Of a stretch of 29,353 nucleotides of DNA, positions 24,379 to 29,353 are shown piece by piece. The notes under the pieces are model-generated. The model did no database searches. It was given only the letters and a program-made list of their open reading frames with translations, and was not told where the DNA came from. The translations under genes and the position numbers were made by a program. How positions within the stretch are numbered: position 1 is the stretch's first letter; each line of letters opens with the position of its first letter. This DNA comes from a virus (lineage: Duplodnaviria; Caudoviricetes): positions 1-29,353 of the IMG/VR virus record IMGVR_UViG_3300047400_000216; one strand, written 5' to 3'.

Positions 24379-25359
24379 TGGTTGTTCCCCTTCTAGGATT
24401 TCCAAGACCTTACCCCGGGCGCCCGGCTCGGTGACGAGGTCAGTTGATACGGCGTCTCGGATGGCCGAAACGACGCGAACTTGAGTTAGCCCATCTTGCA
24501 TTGCCTGCTTGAGCTTTGGCAAGGCACCCGCAGGGATCTTTGCCTCTTTGGCAAACTTGTCGGCAGGCATAGCCTCCGCATCCCCAGCAGCGTTGATGGA
24601 CAAGCCCACAAACTCCTTGTCGGGGTGGGCCTTGGAATATCCGATAGAATGACGCACCAGCGAACGCGCCCACTCGAATGGCGGGTCAGGGAGCATCACA
24701 AGATCGGCGCAGAGCATGGCCTGGCCGTCGTCTCCCTCTTCCACATGCACGTTCTCGAAGTGCCCGATGATATCGCGCACCGACCGCTCAGGGCGATCGG
24801 ACTCTTCCGAACGGCTCGGGTGGTCGGCATAGCACTTCTTCCCCTCGAAGGCCAAGACGCCGGACTCGATCGCCTCGCGGGTGTAGTAGAACGCATCGCG
24901 GAGATTGCCCAGGCCCTCTTGGATCAAGGCGACTTTAAAGCGAACCGGGCCCACTCCATTGTCGCGGGCGCTCTCGAGGAAGTGAGCGTTGAGGAAATGG
25001 TCCTGAATGGCGGCTTCCTGAGGCTTGTCTCGCGTCACGGCCACGCCGGTAGATAGACCATCGGCCTCGATCTGCTTGTCGTCAACAATCTTGAAGCCCT
25101 TGGTCTTGAGCAGGTTCACCATCGTTGCCCCGGTGATTCCGGGGTTTTCGATGAGCATCCGAGCGATTTCCTCGTCAACCGATGGCTCGTGCTTGGCCGG
25201 TTCTGGCTGCTCGGGCTTCTTGCCGTCGGAAGTGGGGGGCTGGGCGCTTGGGCTGAATGCCTCACACCCATAGAACCAATGCTTTTGATGGACGCCCGGC
25301 TGATCCTTGGGATCGGCTTGCGTGCGTTCTAGAAATGCAAAAAATCTCTTGTAGCTCAA
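23596..25359 (-). CDS. prohead protease-scaffold fusion
   Basis: ADHP...ERSVRDIIG and GLSINA protease-like motifs, then an acidic/coiled-coil scaffold region. The probable TTG start at 25359 overlaps the upstream stop. Confidence 0.85.
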   Translation of the reverse strand: MSYKRFFAFLERTQADPKDQPGVHQKHWFYGCEAFSPSAQPPTSDGKKPEQPEPAKHEPSVDEEIARMLIENPGITGATMVNLLKTKGFKIVDDKQIEADGLSTGVAVTRDKPQEAAIQDHFLNAHFLESARDNGVGPVRFKVALIQEGLGNLRDAFYYTREAIESGVLAFEGKKCYADHPSRSEESDRPERSVRDIIGHFENVHVEEGDDGQAMLCADLVMLPDPPFEWARSLVRHSIGYSKAHPDKEFVGLSINAAGDAEAMPADKFAKEAKIPAGALPKLKQAMQDGLTQVRVVSAIRDAVSTDLVTEPGARGKVLEILEGEQPMSKKKVALFAEDEKKIPAKQEEKKEAKHAEDEAKHAEDESEDEAKGEEKPEGDEDHDDAEQDKKLILDMIKKHMGEASEGMEAEGDEAAHEAYQAYKEMGKDHEEAMKCAAEAMKLAKHMQKKHEAEMKQEESEGKHPAGPAESEAKHSEDESKAKESEIVKLVAKVAMLERELKKRELAEALDTKLRESGLGRAETDKLRSLIGQPKSLTDIENTIKIFKEAFTLRGGESKASIFVASVEKQGTAPKATGKVSFADCLK

Positions 25360-25733
25360 GCCCAATCCTTGCGCTTCGCGCGTGTGTTCTTGTTTACAAA
25401 CCTCACAAGAATGTCGCACTTCCCCGCTGTATTTGGAACTACCTCAGGCCGGTAGTCTAGCTCCCGAAGCGGGATGCCTTGGTTTGCCGCGACGCGTTCA
25501 ACCTCTTCGAGCGTCTTGCAGCGGTAGCCTTCGATCTCATAGACATGGCGCTGGACGATGCCCCGGATATGCTCGCCGCCCCGGGACACCTCGGCCAGCC
25601 GGTCGTCATCGCGGCCCATATACTTCTCGGGGTTGCGCCGAAACTGGTCGAAGGTCGGCAGGCCGAACTCCTGCGGGTTGTCGAACAGATACTGGGCATC
25701 GAGTTCCTTGAGCTTGGCTAGCTTATCAGACAT
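25356..25733 (-). CDS. hypothetical head-module protein (125 aa)
   Basis: Overlaps the portal stop, has an SD-like GAGGTGAAGGA and tiles the operon. Confidence 0.8.
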   Translation of the reverse strand: MSDKLAKLKELDAQYLFDNPQEFGLPTFDQFRRNPEKYMGRDDDRLAEVSRGGEHIRGIVQRHVYEIEGYRCKTLEEVERVAANQGIPLRELDYRPEVVPNTAGKCDILVRFVNKNTRAKRKDWA

Positions 25734-27420
25734 TGTCCTTCACCTCGTTGCGAGCGGTCCCAGGAAGGGCTCCACCGGGCTGTTGTGGTGCGCTCGAGAA
25801 CGGCAGAAGCTGGCCTAGGCCCAGATCACCCTGCTTGTCGATGTCCTGCTTCTCTTCGCTATAGTCGTAGTTAGTGATGTTGAGTTCCTTGGCGGCCATG
25901 TTCGCGGCCCGCTCCTTGGAGATCCATCCGGCCGACTCCGCACCCATCAGATCCTTGAGCTTCTGGCTTCTATCCTGAGTGATAAGCTCAGGGAATGTGA
26001 CCTCGCACTCGACATGGCCGAAGCCTGCCCAGTCCATCACATAGTCCCAAAGGTCGGTGATGATTCGCTCGTAGACGGCTTGGCGCATCTCGAATCGCTT
26101 AGCCACAGGCTCAGTCGCCACGATGGCCGATGCTCTGGTCTGGCCGCCCGAGAGGTGCGTGCCGAAGTAGGAGATCGGAATCCCCATGCCTGAGGCGATC
26201 ATGGACATGCACCACTCAAATGTGGGGTTAGCCCCGATCTTGCCGCCCTCAACGCCCATGTATTTGCGCTGGATTTTCGAGGTGTGAACGAACTCAGAGC
26301 CCGCCGGGGCGATCGTCCCGTTGGCTTGCTGGTCGTCGATGTAGGCCTGGATGTCAGCCTGAGAGCCTTCGACCGTCGTGTCGATGCAGTAGGCTGCCTG
26401 CTTCTGGAGGCTCACGACCGAGTAGGACACCGAGTCACGGAGGCGCTTGAGGAAGCCAAGGACTGGGAACAGGTCCGAGCGTCCGCGCTTCTCGTTAGAG
26501 ACTTGGTTGACCTTGTAGTGGTTGATCTGCTCGGGCGGGATCGTTTGAAAAATGAACTTGAACGAGTTGACCGGCTTGTCTTTCTCGAGCCCGGAGTAGA
26601 CCTGAAATTGGGTAGGTGCAACCCAAACGTAATAAAGAATTTTAGACACGTCTTCCGGCCACGTCACGATTTCCCAGATGACCGTCGGGTCAATGAGACG
26701 CACGCGCGGGATCAAACCCTTCGGGATCTCTTGTCCGATCGTCGGGTGCTGCACGATCTTCGTCTGGTTGTTTGGGAGTTTCCAGACCATAGTCTCGCCG
26801 TAGAGAGCGATCTCAAGAGCGATCTGCTTCATCAGGCCTTGGACATCGTTGACCTTCTCGAAGGCCCGCCACACTGCGAGTGCAGCCTCGTTGTCGCAGT
26901 CGATGCGATAGCCTCGGCCCAGGGTGAAGTCGCGGATGATGTTCAGCGCCTGATGGGCAATGGGGTCGTGATTCCATGCCCAAAATGCGGCGTTCGCCTG
27001 ACGGATGTAGTCGTAGAAGTAGAGGTTCTTATAGAACGGGCCTCCGAGCAGGGGCACGAAATCGTTTTGGCCCACAAGTCCCGGGTCGCCATAGCCGCCC
27101 GCATCCACGCCGAAGGCATCCTCGGCCTCACGCAGATTCACGCCATCGAAGGCGGTCTCACCCTTGCGGAAGGCTTCGAGGAACTCTTTGCGTGACAGCT
27201 TCTTGACGCCCGTCTGCTTGGTCGTTGGATTATAGGCCAGGACGCGGGCCTCGACCTCAATGCTGTCATCCCGTTCGAGCAGGGCCAGAAGCTCAGGGAC
27301 GGACTTGATAGCCTTGGGATCCAGCCTAGCAGATGCCTGAAAGCCGTCTTCCATGTCGTAGGCCTCGACTCGGGCTCGAATTGTGGCTGATGCCACATCG
27401 TTTTCTAGCTGTTCAGCCAT
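25726..27420 (-). CDS. portal protein
   Basis: 564 aa. IALYGE, EKRGRSDL, IASGMGIP..YFG and VTFPEL, plus position. Confidence 0.9.
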   Translation of the reverse strand: MAEQLENDVASATIRARVEAYDMEDGFQASARLDPKAIKSVPELLALLERDDSIEVEARVLAYNPTTKQTGVKKLSRKEFLEAFRKGETAFDGVNLREAEDAFGVDAGGYGDPGLVGQNDFVPLLGGPFYKNLYFYDYIRQANAAFWAWNHDPIAHQALNIIRDFTLGRGYRIDCDNEAALAVWRAFEKVNDVQGLMKQIALEIALYGETMVWKLPNNQTKIVQHPTIGQEIPKGLIPRVRLIDPTVIWEIVTWPEDVSKILYYVWVAPTQFQVYSGLEKDKPVNSFKFIFQTIPPEQINHYKVNQVSNEKRGRSDLFPVLGFLKRLRDSVSYSVVSLQKQAAYCIDTTVEGSQADIQAYIDDQQANGTIAPAGSEFVHTSKIQRKYMGVEGGKIGANPTFEWCMSMIASGMGIPISYFGTHLSGGQTRASAIVATEPVAKRFEMRQAVYERIITDLWDYVMDWAGFGHVECEVTFPELITQDRSQKLKDLMGAESAGWISKERAANMAAKELNITNYDYSEEKQDIDKQGDLGLGQLLPFSSAPQQPGGALPGTARNEVKDNV

Positions 27421-28538
27421 TCCTCAAACTCCGTGACGTTAATAGTCGGTTCGTCGGTCATCGTATCCAGCATCGGTGCCACCGTGCAACGGCAATTGAA
27501 GTGAGCCGGTGGAACGATGACATCGCATTCGTCATCCCTATGCTGAGGTAATTTCGCCTCGATCTGCGCGGAGGTCAAGCCATCACGCCACGCACAGCAT
27601 TCGTCGGTCTTGTCGTCGATCACTGCGATCCACATGAAATCGGTGATGCCGTTTTGCTTTGCTGCTTCATCTTGCCCCTTGCGAACACGATCAACGAAGT
27701 CGTGCGTCACATACTGCTCGATCTCCCAGCCATACCACTCCTCGGTATCGCCGCCCACCTCGACGTCGAAGATCATCTTGGGCTCGCGATACTGGGGCAC
27801 ATATTCCGTCAGGTATTCCTCGAGAAGCTGCTCCCAAAGCTCATCATCCATGAAGCCTTGGGCAAGGTTCACCGTGTCGTCTCCCTTGGCTCCAAGCTGG
27901 AGGATGGTCATCTCCTGCCCGTTGACCGAGACCCGGGCTTCCTTGAGGGTCTTGAGGATACGAGCCGGACGGCGCACTGCTCTGGAAGAGGGCAGAGCCC
28001 GCTTCACCCGCTCGATCATGTCCTTGGTCGAGTCCTCATTGATCCGGGCAAGCTGCACTGCGTTGAGGATCTTACGCCTGAGCTTGTCGAAGGCGAAGTC
28101 GATTCGAGTCGTGATCGGTTTGCCCTCGAAATCGTAGAGGGCGTCCTCTTCGATCTCTTTTTTGTCCACATGATACAGCGTGGGCTTGTCTTCTGCTCTG
28201 CCAATCGCTTCGGCTTCACCTACCACGGCCAAGGTATAAGCATGAATCTTTAGCTCCGCTAGAATTACGGCCACATCCCTGGCCGCAAGGGAGAACTCGG
28301 CGACGATGTCCTTGTCGACCAGGCTAGTGAAGTGCGTGGGATCGGCAAGCATGCTTGCAGGCGGCGCCATCGTATAGCGAAAAACAATGCGCTCGATCAG
28401 GTGTGTGAATGTGCCGCGAAGCACGTCGTTGATCTTCTGGTGGGCCTTGATGTGCAGGGCCTCGAGCATCAGGTCGCGGTTGTGAATGAACGCACGATAG
28501 CGGGCAGATTTGTTTGCCGGGACTGGTTTGCGTTTCAT
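27405..28538 (-). CDS. minor head / head morphogenesis protein (SPP1 gp7, Mu gpF family)
   Basis: WIAVIDDKTDECC...DG and PPAHFNCRC. SD GGGGA before ATG 28538. Confidence 0.9.
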   Translation of the reverse strand: MKRKPVPANKSARYRAFIHNRDLMLEALHIKAHQKINDVLRGTFTHLIERIVFRYTMAPPASMLADPTHFTSLVDKDIVAEFSLAARDVAVILAELKIHAYTLAVVGEAEAIGRAEDKPTLYHVDKKEIEEDALYDFEGKPITTRIDFAFDKLRRKILNAVQLARINEDSTKDMIERVKRALPSSRAVRRPARILKTLKEARVSVNGQEMTILQLGAKGDDTVNLAQGFMDDELWEQLLEEYLTEYVPQYREPKMIFDVEVGGDTEEWYGWEIEQYVTHDFVDRVRKGQDEAAKQNGITDFMWIAVIDDKTDECCAWRDGLTSAQIEAKLPQHRDDECDVIVPPAHFNCRCTVAPMLDTMTDEPTINVTEFEEWLNS

Positions 28539-28606
28539 TGATTCCCCCAACCGTAAAGGACGACAAGCACAAGCGCAATGATCCAGAAAAGAAAATCAGT
28601 CCACAT
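28535..28606 (-). CDS. 23-aa hydrophobic micropeptide
   Basis: MWTDFLFWIIALVLVVLYGWGNQ*. ATGA overlap with the minor head gene. Confidence 0.45.
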   Translation of the reverse strand: MWTDFLFWIIALVLVVLYGWGNQ

Positions 28607-28609
28607 AAA

Positions 28610-28695
28610 GGCGGCCCCGAGAGGAATCGAACCTCGCGCCCTCAACGGCAGGCGTCCCTGCTATTCGTTGCGCTCTGCCACTGAGCTACGGAGCC
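28610..28695 (-). tRNA. tRNA-like element without a canonical anticodon loop
   Basis: GGCTCCG TA GCTC AGTGGCA GAGC G CAACG AATA GCAGG GACG CCTGC CGTTG AGGGCG CGAGG TTCGATT CCTCT CGGGGCC G CC. Acceptor, D and T arms are present and the anticodon arm is extended. Confidence 0.8.
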
Positions 28696-28780
28696 GATCC
28701 CTATTGTCTGCGAAGGACGCGGAGTAATCTATCCTAACAAAAAGTCTTTCAAATGTTTTTCCGCATGATAATGGTCTTTT

Positions 28781-29023
28781 ATGTCAAAAAAGATCGTCCT
28801 AAATGACGGTAGTTTTTTTGTGAATTGTCGCATGAAAACGAAAACCAAATGGCGTTTTGTGGTTCCGTTTTGGATCATTCTATGTCGCCGAAAAATTGCG
28901 AATCTGCTTTCAAAGCAACAAACAAGCAAATGTTTTGATTGCAAAAAAACGACTTACTACAAAAAGCCGCAGCATGATTCCGCCGTGCGTTGCGGTTGCG
29001 GCTGGTTTATTATCTGCGAATAA
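28781..29023 (+). CDS. AT-rich inverted small ORF with C-terminal Zn-ribbon
   Basis: CFDC...RCGCG. Low-GC patch antisense to the late operon. Start uncertain. Confidence 0.45.
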   Translation: MSKKIVLNDGSFFVNCRMKTKTKWRFVVPFWIILCRRKIANLLSKQQTSKCFDCKKTTYYKKPQHDSAVRCGCGWFIICE

Positions 29024-29353
29024 CTCGTAAACCTCCAGCCGACGGCTCCCACATTCTGCTCGTGCCGTGGACGGCATAGCCCATTGCGTCAGAGATGTGA
29101 GTAAGCTCGGGGTTTGAGGACTGGTCGAGGGTGAAAGATGCCCCAGGCTTCCAGACCACCCGCTGAAGGTCGCGCTTGAGGTTCGGGCAGGTCACAGGGT
29201 TGACCCATAGGTGGTTGCTCCCGGTCGCGCTCTTGAGCTTGGCGTTGACCACGTTGATGCGGTCCTTGATGGCAGGGTTAGCCTCGGGGGTCCGGTTCTC
29301 GTACTTGATCCCGGCGTGCTCAAGCATCTCGCACAAGATGGCGTAGTCGGACT
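29010..29353 (-). CDS. terL: terminase large subunit, C-terminal nuclease domain (partial)
   Basis: NPAIKDRINVVN, CPNLKRDL and HISDAMGY. The frame is open to the right edge, upstream of the head genes. Confidence 0.92.
   Translation of the reverse strand, partial: SDYAILCEMLEHAGIKYENRTPEANPAIKDRINVVNAKLKSATGSNHLWVNPVTCPNLKRDLQRVVWKPGASFTLDQSSNPELTHISDAMGYAVHGTSRMWEPSAGGLRVIRR

Noticed and set aside
22751-27195. Long antisense ORFs (22751..24094, 26284..27195 and similar)
   Set aside because: They are expected shadows of GC-biased codon usage opposite bona fide structural genes.
28729-28944. Minus-strand 71-aa ORF in the AT-rich insert
   Set aside because: TTG start without SD and no motif. 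The opposite-strand ORF has a Zn-ribbon pattern and is the better candidate.
1-29353. CRISPR array, rRNA, IS element or alternative genetic code
   Set aside because: No regularly spaced repeats, rRNA or transposase were seen, and genes tile cleanly with all three standard stop codons.

Overview
The window holds most of the genome of a tailed dsDNA bacteriophage with a siphovirus-type layout: tail tube, tape measure and no sheath. The host is probably Gram-negative, given a lipoprotein/spanin-like lysis cassette and a sigma54-type promoter. From the right end leftwards on the minus strand lie the terminase large subunit (3' part only), a tRNA-like element, minor head protein, portal, protease/scaffold, capsid cement, major capsid, neck/tail-completion genes, tail tube, tail chaperone with a -1 frameshift, tape measure, tail tip and fibre genes, a lysis cassette with an inverted DUF5675 gene, and a metallophosphoesterase. 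A short plus-strand early operon encodes an ERF recombinase, an HTH protein and SSB, followed by a MerR-like regulator. A left accessory arm carries two HNH nucleases, micro-proteins, a secreted moron and a C5-cytosine methyltransferase that the ORF track misses because it runs off the left edge. No integrase, replication initiator, helicase, primase or polymerase is visible. The best leads are: (1) a ~500-nt densely structured non-coding region leading into an HNH gene, with a candidate antisense sRNA; (2) a tRNA-shaped element whose anticodon loop is replaced by a bulged hairpin; (3) a dual-frame (alpha/beta) methyltransferase with a G13 tract; (4) a recurring leaderless-mRNA promoter architecture. 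All calls were made by eye and no databases were searched.
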